Made by a program: the position numbers and the translations under genes. A stretch of DNA of 64,000 bases, taken from Octopus sinensis. Its lineage: Eukaryota. The stretch is from contig NC_043018.1 in the NCBI RefSeq assembly GCF_006345805.1, forward strand, positions 2,356,001 through 2,420,000, written 5' to 3'. Each line of letters opens with the position of its first letter. Position 1 is the first letter of the stretch. Under the pieces are notes generated by a model. The model worked only from the letters and a program-made list of their open reading frames with translations. It was not told the origin of the DNA and searched no databases. This document shows, in pieces, positions 52,392 through 64,000 of this stretch.

Positions 52392-53100
52392 TAATGCTGC
52401 ACGAAGAACTAGGACCAGGAAAGTTTTGTGGTTCAACCCGGCTTTCAATTTGGCCGTAAAGACTAATATAGGTAAGGAATTTTTGAGATTAGTCTCTAAG
52501 CATTTTAAGAAGGGTCATAAATTCTATAGGATATTTAACAGAAGAACCCTGAAGGTTAGCTATTCTTGTTGCAGAAATTTCGCCTCTTACATTAGCCAAC
52601 ATAATAGGAAGCTAATTGAGATTAGACATGGTGCCGAGACCATTAAGAAATGTAATTTCAAAAACGAAAGCTCCTGTCCGTTAGAAGGGAAATGTCTGGT
52701 GAAAGGAGTAGTTTATAGAGCCAAGGTGCAAGTGGAAGGCTCATCGGAATACAAGACATACACAGGGGCTTCAGAAATTCATTTAAAACAAGATTTTATT
52801 TCATAAAAATTCATTAAATACCCAGAGAATAGGGAGAAAACCAGCCTAGCAAAATATGTCTGGGAACTAAAAGAAAAGGAAGCCCCACCTTTCAACGTGA
52901 CATGGAGCATTCTGGACAGGGCGGCACCATACAGGCATGGAGCTTACAAAAATAATTTCAAGTGCAAGCTTTGTCTATTAGAAAAAATGTACATCTTATT
53001 CAAAGACAATAATTCTTTGAATCAAAGAAGCGAGCTAATGAACTTATGTAGGCACGCGGCTAAATTTAAAATGTCGAATATAAATATACCATATGGATAG
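52391..53100 (+). pseudogene. PLE C-terminal linker plus GIY-YIG endonuclease, frameshifted at ~52790
   Basis: RKVLWFNP..TNIGKEFL...SYSC...CPLEGKCL..GVVYRAKV..KTYTG..TSLAKYVWELK..CKLCLLEK..LNQRSEL...CRH. Confidence 0.9.
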
Positions 53101-54575
53101 AGTATTTTGTATTTTTGATTTTGATTTTGACTCTTGAACGATGAGCGCTACGATGGATTTTGTTTCCAAGGAATGCGGATCTTAATCCGTATAGCAAAGT
53201 CTTATGTTTCTACATATATATTAGGAAAAACCTCCAACTTTTGTTTTCATGTTATTGTATTATATAGGATTACCTTGATTATTTATATTACCTTAATTAT
53301 TTATAAATGACCCAAAATAGGATGTTATATTTTATTTTATATGTCTTTCGTATATATTTTTATTAATGCACCCATTTTTCTTTTAAAAAAAGCAATGTTT
53401 TTTAAAAAAAAGCAATGTTGTCAAAATTAGAATGTTGATATAAGTATGTGCATAGCAAAGCATATGTATTTGTAAGCATGCGTATCTGTGTATGTGTAAG
53501 TGAAAGTATGTTTGTGCTTAAGCACACATATACACGACTGTATCCATTCAAACTTATGTATGTATACTGGTCTCCATATATGCCATAATGCCGTTACACT
53601 GCTTGTATACATAATTTTTTCTTATTTCGTTTTTTTCCCCACACCTCCTTCGTTCCTTTTTCTCTCTCTCCCTTTCTTTCGTTCTCCCCTTACTCAGTAT
53701 ATGAGAATCGCTACATAGATCTTTTAACTTGCGCGCGAGATGGTTTTGCGTGAATATATGTACACATGCTTTTATGTGTATATTTAGATTTATATTCATA
53801 CGTCTGTATATGTATGGCGTTTGCACGCATAATTTTGTGTATGTTGATATATATATGTAGATTTTAATATAATTATGTATTGCAGTGTAATATTTATAAC
53901 AGGTTTAATTTCTATGCATTAATTTGCACTTTCTTCATTAACGTCAATATGTATTTTATTCAATGTAAGGTTTTTTCCTCGGATTTTATAATTTTTATAA
54001 GTTTTTTTATATATATATACATATATTTTTGACCTTTTTGTTTATCGCTCGAAGATTGACCGTTTTTTGTAAAGGGCCAATCAAACAAGTCCATTTCTTT
54101 TTAAAGGTGTAGCGTTTGTAAGAGTATAGATTGAATTGATATATCAGTTCCATTCTAGCAAAAACTGTCTGATGAACGGCAACGAGAAACTCAGAGTAAT
54201 AGATTTTGTTGAATTTTCTGCTGCTTAAAATAAAGTATATATATATATATGCGTATATCTAAATGCAAATTTAAGGAGTGGAAGAGGTGAAATCCAAGCT
54301 GCATGTTTCCTATCTTGCAGATCCCTTGATTTCATGATTACTCAACTCATCGGCTGAAAATATCTTACTCATATATAGGTGCTGTATTATCGTATGGGAA
54401 TCCCAAGTTAGCTCACTGAAGAAGTTTCACTCTGTCAATTTGAATTTTTATTCGCATTTATAGCATGCCTATTTGATAACCGTCAGCTATACATAATGCC
54501 TTTTATCTTATCGAACGTTGGTTTTTATCTACAACTACTACGGACTACAGAAAGCTAACAAACTTTCCACATTTA

Positions 54576-55719
54576 TCGGGTCATACCATAAGTTCTGTCC
54601 GATTTTACCTTTTTTATAATTGAATGAAATTTAATAGTATTTTAGAATGTCTAATAGAATTTAAAATTATTTTTATGCATTTGTGTGCATTTAAACAAAT
54701 TAAATATTTTTTACAGAATAACAGGCTTAAAATTTCTTTGATCAAAAACCCTTTCTAATATGGACGTATCCAAAGAGCATTTCAGGCACATAATGCGTTA
54801 TGAGTACAAAAAAGCGACTCAAAACATACACTCAATTTATGGGAAAGAATGCTTGAATGAATGAACTTGCAGAAGATTTCAACCTTGAAGTTGAAGATCA
54901 CATAGGACGTTCAATTGTGTTTGATGATAAGCTACTTCAGGCATTACTTGAAGAAGGTCCTGCATTGTCAGTTGAAGAATTGGCAATAAAGCTTAGTTCA
55001 AACCATACAACTGTTCATCGTCATCTTCAACAACTTGGATGGGTTCCTAAACTTGGAAAATGGGTGCCTCATGAATTGTCCGAAAGCAACCGCAAATCCC
55101 AAGTTGAGATCTGCTCTTCTCTCCATTCTCGCGAACTCATTTCACCCTTTTTGGATTGACTTGTGACAGGGGAAAAAAATGGATCTTCTATCGAAATGTT
55201 AAACGTCGTAAACAGTGGCTTGGTAAAATGGAAAAAGCTCAACCACCGCCGAGAAGGGTACTTATGGGGAAAATTTTCTTCTCTCTATCTGGTGGGATTG
55301 CAAAGAAGTAATTAGTGTGTTTGAACCAAGCTTTGAAGAAAAAGAGAGCCGTTTTAGTGAATCGAAAATGAGTGAGGTTTCATCGGGACAATTCGCGACC
55401 CCACACTGCAAAGATCACATCACAGAAGATCGAAGAGCTTTGTTGGGAAAGAAATTCCTCATCCACCTCATTCTCCCGACCTTGCTCCTTTATACTACCA
55501 TTTGTTTCGGAGTTTACGGAATCATCTGACATTTCTGAGTTCTTCGCTTTGAAACCAAAATAGTTTTACAGTGATGAGATTAAAAAGCTTGTAAATAGAT
55601 GGAAGGAAGTCATAGATAATCAGGGAAAGAACAGTGATGATTAAATTTCAATTAAGTATAACATTTGTTCACTTGTTTTCTCTATTCAAAATTCGGACAG
55701 AACTAATGGGATGATCTGA
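54576..55719 (+). mobile_element. Full-length degenerate mariner (1144 bp), both TIRs, TA TSD
   Basis: TA|TCGGGTCATACCATAAGTTCTGTCCGATTTT ... AAAATTCGGACAGAACTAATGGGATGATCTGA|TA. MDVSKEHFRHIM at 54760, WVPHEL, FHRDNSRPH; multiple stops and frameshifts. Confidence 0.92.
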
Positions 55720-55810
55720 TAGATCCTTAGATCTTACAATTACATATACATCTGAAAATACATACATGCATATATTCATGCATGCATACATACATATATA
55801 ATTATATATA

Positions 55811-55852
<42 letters not shown>

Positions 55853-55899
55853 TATATAATATATATATATATATACATACATATAACGGGTGGGGGAAC

Positions 55900-58330
55900 T
55901 TAGGTGATTAAATGGCTGTCCAGTAGTAGATATGCGCGTCTGTTGTATCCATATCTGATGCGGGTACCGGCCGTAACATGTGTGCTCTTCGTGAGGTAAA
56001 AGCCCCTGAAACGGTTTGTCAACTCACAGTATGAAATGGGGTGAATATGGCAACAGCCTCGCATGCCATATATCAGTGTTAATCGGTTCTCAGTTCCTAG
56101 CCACTCTGGTGTCGCCACTCTGGTGTCACCACCCAAGGCAACGAAAAGATAGAAAAAAACGCAGAGGCTTTTAAAAGTGACTGGGTCCAGATAGGCTGCC
56201 ACTGGAATACGACAATTAGGACGTACAACGCAAGATCTCTCTTCTCCGACCATCGCATCACCAAGCTCGAAGACTTGTCAAAGATCATCTTTCATACGAT
56301 CAGAATTAGCGAGATGAGATTTCAGGGCGAAGTTTGCATCAAGCTCAATAATAGCGACTACAAATTATGCTGCAAGGGCGAAGACAAACCCAGCCGGGGA
56401 GTTAGCATTGTAATTTAGAAAGACATAATCTGCAACGTTACAAACTTGAGATGCATGTCAGATAGAGCGATGCAACTTACCATCAAGATCAATAGCTAGT
56501 ATCACCTGAACATAATTCAAGCATATCAGCCAGCTGCCAGATATGAGAACATAGACCGTCTCTTCATGAGCAACAAATTTCATTGCAATGTCATCATAGG
56601 GGATTTCAACGTAGACATAGCAATGAGCTAACTAGAAGAGTCGAGTGTCATTTACTTTGGATCAGGTAGCAGGAACAGCGGGGGTAACTCACTCATCAAC
56701 TCCAGCGATAGCATCAACTAAAGATCATGAACACAGATCTTTAGACGATGACCATGTATTCTACCCGATGTTACTATAAAGAATGCAATCCATCACATCC
56801 TAACAAGCGGCAAACATTTCAAAACGTCTCAGTTGTTAACATTTCCAATACTGACAGCGACACTCGCCAAATGGGCGCAACAGTTGGAATACGAAGTTGG
56901 AAGGGGCCAGAGTAGGGAAACGGCCAATTAAGCCAAATTCTGCGGTGTTATCGGCAATAGCAACAAAAAATTATAACTACTACTTAGCAACAGGCTTGAA
57001 ATGTTCGAACAACATCACACAGACGATAACATCAGTTCCTATTCATAGAGAAATCAGCATCTGTCATGGAGACAGCTGTGATAATGACCGGAAGTAATGA
57101 ACCACTCAAAATCGACAAGTTTTTTGATAAAAAAAAAGATCAAACAGCTCGGAGAGAAGCTACGCCAGATGAAGAGAAGCGGAACAAGTTTTCAGTGCAA
57201 CGAATACATTGAAACGTGTAAAATCGCTAGAAGAAAACTTTAGCAAATACGAAGCAGATGAGCAACGAAAAGATTTGAAAGTGAACAGAGGCACAAAATC
57301 TGTCAAGAAAAGCAATGTCTGGGAAAAGACAACATCAGCGCCCCGTGCGAAGATGGCACAATCGTCAGTGGCCAGGACAGGTTTATCAAACGTGGTGAGA
57401 AATTCTATAGCAAGCTGTATTAGAGCATACAACATAATGAGTCTCCATTCTCCGACAGGCCAATACAAATCCTACGTCTTCTTCCCGCCATGCCATCACA
57501 GACGAGAGCGAGCGCCAAACGACTCAAACGAGACAAGGATAGGCATCTGGTGCGGGCATTATCTCTGCTATTATATTTCAGGACGGTGGAGAACCCATTA
57601 TAAAGATGCTCACCAAGATGTTCAATAGATGCTTCGAAGAATGCAAAGTTCTCATCAGTTCAAAGAATGTTATAGCTGTTTTGTTTCACAAAAGAGATGA
57701 TAAAACGGACTTGGAGAACTATTATCCTATCAGTCTCCTGCACGTCATCTACACGCTGTGCAATAGGTATGGAGGCGTTCAGATCATGCACAAGCTGAGA
57801 ATGGCTTAAAATAACATGAAATAAGCTGGAACGACCTGGAAAATACACTAATCACTAGCCATATCACGGTTCACTTATCGCGCCTCGGTGATCGCGGTTT
57901 ATTATTTAAGCTTACGTCTTCTTCTGTGGTGTTGTTTTGCATTTATAACGAAATAAATATATACACAATATAAAAATGATAACAAAATACATACGGTACT
58001 CATTGTACTTCGCGGGTTTTCACCCATTGCGGGGGTTGGGAGTTGGAACGTAATTCCCGCGATAGTCGTGGGCTTACAGTATAAGATTTTGATGATTGCA
58101 TCCTCATCTTGCTTGGTCCCTGGTGTGTGGGACAAGATAACATCTAGAGAAGATGCCATGGAGGGAAAATGCTGTATTTACATCATGAAGCGTCTTAGTC
58201 TACCAAGAACGATTGAAATGTCAGCACTGTATGAGAATAACGAGTATTCCAGGCGTGATTGACATGGCAGAACAGATGCGAACAGTCATTAATAAAGCGG
58301 GCAGACGGGGTAGAAATTCAAACCAACCCG
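55900..58330 (+). mobile_element. RTE-clade LINE (APE plus RT), decayed, interrupted by a MITE
   Basis: IRTYNARSL, IIQAYQP and VIIGDFN (APE); LTKMFNRC..LFHKRDDKTDLENYYPISLL (RT N-terminus); AMERKML-like segment after the MITE. Confidence 0.8.
57846..58079. mobile_element. pogo/Tigger-like MITE
   Basis: TA on both sides, degenerate TIRs, homologous to 14952-15244. Confidence 0.7.
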
Positions 58331-58479
58331 CCAGATGTTAAAACTGAAAGGAAATATAATGCAGGGAAAGAGACTCAGGACACAAGAGCATCACAAGGTG
58401 CCAGAAAATCTATTGGTTGTAATTCCCTTCAAACCTTCTCAACGATGACACTGAGTGAGCAACGATGACAGGTAAGATG

Positions 58480-58900
58480 AGCAAATACGAATAAATTATT
58501 GAATGGCAATTTGGTTGGTAGGAGATCTGGTGCGGAATGTAATAGAGTAAATCTTGTTGGATTGATTGTACGAAATGAGGAGGATATAGAAGGATCTGAG
58601 ATTAGGAGAGATGAGCATAATGAAAGGCTATTAGAAGACAGTGTAGATGCTGGATGCAGAGCAGAGCAGTTTCCTGTAGAAGTAGGATGTAGATGTCTTA
58701 TTGAAAACAGACTTAAACACTGGCTCCCAGAACTCGGCGTGATAACCGTCAGGTAGATGGCATCTTGAATCTTGGAAGAAATTCAGTCCACAGTGAAGAC
58801 AACCGGCCACTGTTTGTGGTTAAAGATAAAAGATGAAACCTGCTTAGAGAATTAAAGTAGAGACTGAGGCAGCGAATGTTTGCCTATATGGCAGGTAAGA
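58480..58900 (-). mobile_element. Possible decayed CR1/L2-like LINE fragment
   Basis: Purine/pyrimidine strand skew and weak similarity by eye only. Confidence 0.25.
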
Positions 58901-60241
58901 CATGCATGCATCCATGATATGATTGATGCTGGGGGTCTTGAGCTAACAATATTAAGATCGAGTACTAGTGAGTCGATCAAACAGAAGGGCCATCTCAGTG
59001 TGTGGAGAAGGTGCCCTGTAAGCAGCCGAGAGAAGGGCTCCGTGAAAAGAATGCATTCCCACCTGATGACGCCTTAAACCTACAGGCGTCCAGTATGCTG
59101 GGCATTCGATTGATGACAGTTTCACTCACAAATTTCTCGTGCGATTCGGTTGTCTACCGTTCCTTAGCCTCCAAGTAAAAACATTTCGCTTAATCATTAT
59201 AGGAAATTTTCATGACGCGGATGGAAATATGCGCTTACAAAAAGCACCTACACGTAAGGTTACCTTATATCTCTAGTTATCCATACGAAATATATTGCTT
59301 CTTTAATCATACATTCAAACATATGTAAACACACACACACACACCACACACACACATACATATATATATATATAAAGAGAGAGAGAGACAGCGAAAGAGA
59401 GAGAGAAAGACAAACAGACAAAGATATATATACATATACGCTATTCATTCGAATTCTTTCATATTCTGTCTCTTTGTCAGTATGTGTTTGCGTGTGTAGG
59501 TTTGTGCGTTTCCGAGCACAGTTTTGATAATATATTCTTCAAAACGGTAACAAGATAATTGCCGCTCTGGGATTTCCTTCGAACAATGCAAATAATACAA
59601 TGGAATCTATTTAGCTGGTATCAGAAAACTGTCACGTATTTACAGAATATTCTCATGAAAGACTTCGAAAACACTTCTAAACAAAGCTGGAACAATATTG
59701 ACTATTGACCCTATCAATGAAGCGTAGATACACAGATACACACATGCATCCATACATAGACATAGATGAGCAACACACACACACATATATATATATATAT
59801 GTATATATATGTAGGTATGTATATATATATACACACACACACACTCTCTATCTTTTCTCTCTATTCCTCTCTCTCTATCTCTCTCTATCACACACACACA
59901 CATATATATATATATGGGTATACATACATGTATACATATATATCTATATCATTACATGTATACATAGAGATGATTATATATATAATAAGATTTATAATCA
60001 TATACATTCATATGTATCTGTATGTATGCATATATCTATATATATGTGTATATATATATATGTGCGTTTGTAGATAGATTGATGGATAGATAGATATTCA
60101 TACTTAAAATGCACATAGATCTATATCTATACATTTCTCTCTCTCTGGAGAGAGGGAGAGAAATGGGGGAGAGGGGGACAGAGAGGTTGAGACAGGGTGT
60201 TTGAGAGAGCGGGAGAGCGGGAGATCCAAAGCAATAGACTC

Positions 60242-60283
<42 letters not shown>

Positions 60284-60284
60284 G

Positions 60285-60366
<82 letters not shown>

Positions 60367-60397
60367 GAGATAGATAGATAGAGAGATAGATAGATAA

Positions 60398-60458
<61 letters not shown>

Positions 60459-60715
60459 GAGATAGATAACAGAAACAGAAGAATAAACAAGTTGAGTAAA
60501 TATTTATTTATTACTGTATGGTTTAATATTGAATACGTTTCAATTAATTCATGTTTCCTCACAGATAATATCATGGTTGTGTATCACCTATTAAATATCA
60601 ACAATACATAAATATCACTCTACATATGGATATTGACATATATACATACATACATATATACAGAGATATGTATATATGTATATGTACACATATATGTATG
60701 TATATATAGATGTGC

Positions 60716-60753
<38 letters not shown>

Positions 60754-60799
60754 GTATATTGTTATGTTCACTTACACCCTATAATTACTCTTCCTTAGC

Positions 60800-60930
60800 T
60801 ATTCAGTTGAAGTCAACTTTGTCCTTCATCCTTTTGGGATCCATAAATTAAATCCTATTTAAAACTTGGGGTCTAATCGACTTCCCCTCTTTCATACCTG
60901 CTGGCCTTGTGCCAAAGTTTGAGATCAGTA
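60800..60930 (+). mobile_element. SINE family III remnant
   Basis: gtcaactttgtccttcatccttttggg...ggggtctaatcgactt. Confidence 0.55.
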
Positions 60931-60984
60931 TCTATACTCCTATATACACACAGCCACATGTGGATACTTACATATAAATATACA

Positions 60985-61143
60985 GGAGTGGCTGTGTGGT
61001 AAGTAGCTTGCTTACCAACCACATGGTTACGGGTTCAGTCCCACTGCTTGGCACCTTGGGCAATTGTCTTCTATTATAGCCTCGGGCCGATCAAAGCCTT
61101 GTGAGCGGATTTGGTAGACGGAAGCTGAAAGAAGCCCGTCGTA

Positions 61144-61201
<58 letters not shown>

Positions 61202-61645
61202 ATATAAAGTTAATCCAAACAAGAAAGCACAAAAAACACAACAAAGCGAGGATGTGGAACAAATATAGTATTATTGGACGCTCAGGAAAGAAAGAAAGAA
61301 GGAGGGTTTAGCGTTTCGAGAGGAGCTCTTCGTCGGAAACATAGGAGAAGGAAAGATCCAGAGAAGGGAAGACAGAGGAAAAAAAATCGCCAACGGTACA
61401 CACGTGGTCACATTCACATATATGTGTGTGTGTGTGCGCGTATTTTTGTGTGTCTGTGTTTGTCCCATCCAGCATCGCTTGACAATCGATGCTGGTGTGT
61501 TTATGTCCCCGTCATTGAGCGTTTCGGCAAAATAGACCGATAGAATAAATACTGGGCTTGCAAAGAATTAGTTCCGGGGTCGAGTTGCTCGATTAAAGGC
61601 GGTGCTCCAGCATGGCCGCAGTCAAATGACTGAAGCAAGTAAAAG
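60985..61645 (+). mobile_element. SINE family I with the hammerhead element nested in its central (TA)n
   Basis: Head at 60985-61145, insert at 61209-61413, body and tail at 61440-61645. Confidence 0.85.
61209..61413 (-). mobile_element. ~205-bp hammerhead-bearing element, copy 5
   Basis: The HHR at 61306-61340 has ACGC instead of ACGT (U16.1 lost). Confidence 0.85.
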
Positions 61646-61728
61646 AGTATACATATATACATACACTCATATACAAAATATATATCTATATATATACATA
61701 CTTACATACATATACATATATATACATA

Positions 61729-61786
<58 letters not shown>

Positions 61787-62471
61787 CAACAATTGAGGGT
61801 AAAATTAATTAATTAATCAATTTCACCAAGTATTCAGTATGCAAAGGGACCATTTAAGGCGAATTCAAATTATTACATTATATAAAAGGGCTTAGTAAAA
61901 TAAATTACTTTGCCGCATACTGAACTCATATGCGGCAAAGTAATTTATTTTACTAAGCCCTTTTATATAATATATATATATATATATATAAATATATATA
62001 TATATAAATATATACATATATATCTGTGTGTGTGCGTGTGTGTGTGTATTTATGCATGTATGTATACCTATATATTTCCTCTGGTTATCAAATTTACATG
62101 TTAATAGCTTTTTTAATATGTCTATATATCATCTTTATTGAAATCGTATTCAATTTTTGTCTTATAATCTGAAATAGAAAAGTACAAACCAGCCAACACC
62201 TTTTTTTTTTCTTCCCTATCATATTTTCTCAATTTCACTCTTAGCTGCCTTTGTGTTTATTTTCATTCTTATTTCCGACTTCATAATCGTAAAAGACCAA
62301 ACTGAAACATAATTTCTAAATATGAATAGAGACGTCTACATGGTCATTTGAATTCCTGAAACATCAACTAACCCCCACTGAAATAAGGGAAGGTAATATT
62401 TTGTAAAGGACTCGTTTAATAACGCGATCGTTATATTCTAAACACTTTGGGGTGGTTACAGTTGGCACGAC

Positions 62472-62789
62472 TGTTGTGACCCCTTTGTGTGTAACTAGTC
62501 TTAGTTAGCAAGTTAGAGCCCGGAAATAATTAACGTGCAATACGTGCAGCACAATTAATGTAGTCTTATCCATGCAACACAAACCACACTTGGCTATAAA
62601 AGACGTCGCAGCAACAATTACACAGCATCATTAGCCAGGCATCATTAGCCAGATGAAAAGTATGAGCAGCCTCAAACAGAAAGCACTAACGACACACTTG
62701 CTAGAAATGAAACTGGGTTTTATCAGGCAAAGAAGGAGAGAAGAAGGAACATAAAACAAAGAAGATGAAGTAAAACAACGGCGACAACA
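62472..62789. mobile_element. Possible solo LTR
   Basis: TGTTGTG...GACAACA ends and an internal TATAAAA. No TSD found. Confidence 0.25.
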
Positions 62790-64000
62790 AGAGAAATCTG
62801 ACAAGTAAAATAAATTACAAAGGAAACAGAAAAGTACTTTAGAAAATGACTGATAAAAATCAATAGAACAATAGCATTATCCTTGCAGCACTATATGTCA
62901 CAATAGTAGCACCAAACGACATATCTAGCACACGGACAGCAAGTAAATTCACTTATAAGTCATTTATTACGAAAGGCACTTGGAAAAGTAGAAGAAAAAA
63001 ACCCCACCAAACTCGAAAAATTTAATACGAAATTAAAATTACATTCTATTTCCCTTTGACATACAATCGGACCCGTTCCTTTCATTAAACAAATTAAGTC
63101 TTATAAAGAAACATGAATAATTAACACAAAATAGAATAAAACTCAAATATTTCTGAGTCTGCAGAAATCGTGTGCATATGTCTGAGACACCTTTTGCCTG
63201 AAAGAATCACTGCCTACATCAAACATACAGATCTCCTTGCACCATGATTGTGAAATTGGTAAAATCTTGGAATTGCGTAAAATAAATGTTTTAATTAGAT
63301 TAGTTCCTCGCAAAACCTTGTCTAACATATTCATGTGATATTGTGTATTATATGAAGATGTGTAACTTTGGAAGTAATATTTTGTTCCTACAGGTTATAT
63401 GAAAAAATTGATATACATACACTTATTTTCATTTACCTTCTCTCAGATTTATTCCTGCTCATAAAAAATGAAGAAATACTAGTTTTCGAAATGAAGTTAT
63501 ATATTTAATAAGATCTTAAAATATAATAATTATAAATAAATCAAAGTTTTAATTTGAATAATTCCTAATCGAACTACTCCTTTACACCTTCTCTTCCATC
63601 TCCTCCTCCTCTTGTTTCTATTCCTCTTTCTCGTCCTCTGTTTATGATTCTTCTCTCTGTCACTGTTTGTCGGTAACTTGGTGCCACTAAGCCTGGCACC
63701 TGCAGTCATCCCGAACTTTCTATTTTTCTTCAATTCTCAATTCCCTTCTTCCTGTATCATGTGATGTTTGACATGGAAAATCAACCAAGGATTCAACGTT
63801 TATATCGACCATGTTCATATAGTGATGGTCATTGGTTACGAATCGTTGATCACCACTTTAGAGGGGAAGGTTTTTAATTAGTAAATGAAGCTAACACTGG
63901 AAAGCATCACTATATAATTATAAACTGTGAGATAGTATATTTCCCACTGTCTTGTAGGATGTGCGCAGTGTTAATTGTTTTATATTTGAAAAACTATTAG

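Larger units (their letters stand above)
51251..54235. mobile_element. Penelope-like element locus: inverted RT and EN remnants enclosed by ~650-bp inverted repeats
   Basis: Arms 51325-51970 and 53581-54235 are reverse complements. RT lies on the minus strand and GIY-YIG on the plus strand, joined near 52390. Confidence 0.85.

Noticed and set aside
53166-53201. ccaaggaa-tgcgga..tccgta-tagcaaagtc just after the PLE stop codon
   Set aside because: The hairpin is in a plausible HHR position, but both core strands are broken.
54315-54360. CCGATGA..GAAATC..GATC on the minus strand
   Set aside because: Stems I and II pair poorly.
59064-59095. CTGATGA followed by a GACGCC/GGCGTC stem
   Set aside because: No GAAA or cleavage triplet follows.
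3508-62104. Dozens of YI/CV/HT/YLSI-repeat ORFs in the ORF track
   Set aside because: They are translations of TA, CA, TATG and TCTA microsatellites.

Overview
AT-rich eukaryotic genomic DNA, dominated by microsatellites and decayed transposons, with one 100-N scaffold gap at 8925-9024. The SINE families and the density of (TA)n/(TATG)n/(TAGA)n tracts point to an octopod cephalopod (Octopus sp.); this is inferred from pattern recognition, not from a database search. No host gene can be called with confidence, and almost all long ORFs in the track are microsatellite artefacts. The window holds three tRNA-type SINE families, several mariner/Tc1/maT remnants (one full-length mariner with both TIRs), two MITE families, and RTE, Tx1/L1-like and R4/Dong LINE fragments. 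It also holds a non-autonomous Helitron and a Penelope-like element (PLE; RT plus GIY-YIG). The most notable signal is RNA-structural: at least three unrelated repeat families carry type I hammerhead ribozyme (HHR) folds, and two more carry hammerhead-shaped folds with altered cores, nearly all abutting (TA)n tracts. These include a ~205-bp fixed-length element present five times with a 35-nt minimal HHR, an HHR with a fully canonical core at 38794-38882, and a ~650-bp HHR-bearing repeat that forms head-to-head foldback dimers at two loci, one enclosing PLE coding remnants. Other notable items are three R4/Dong 3' ends stacked in TAA repeats, a six-copy ATGCAAAT array, a perfect 27-bp hairpin, and a unique ORF with a hydrophobic N-terminus at 46.2-46.8 kb.
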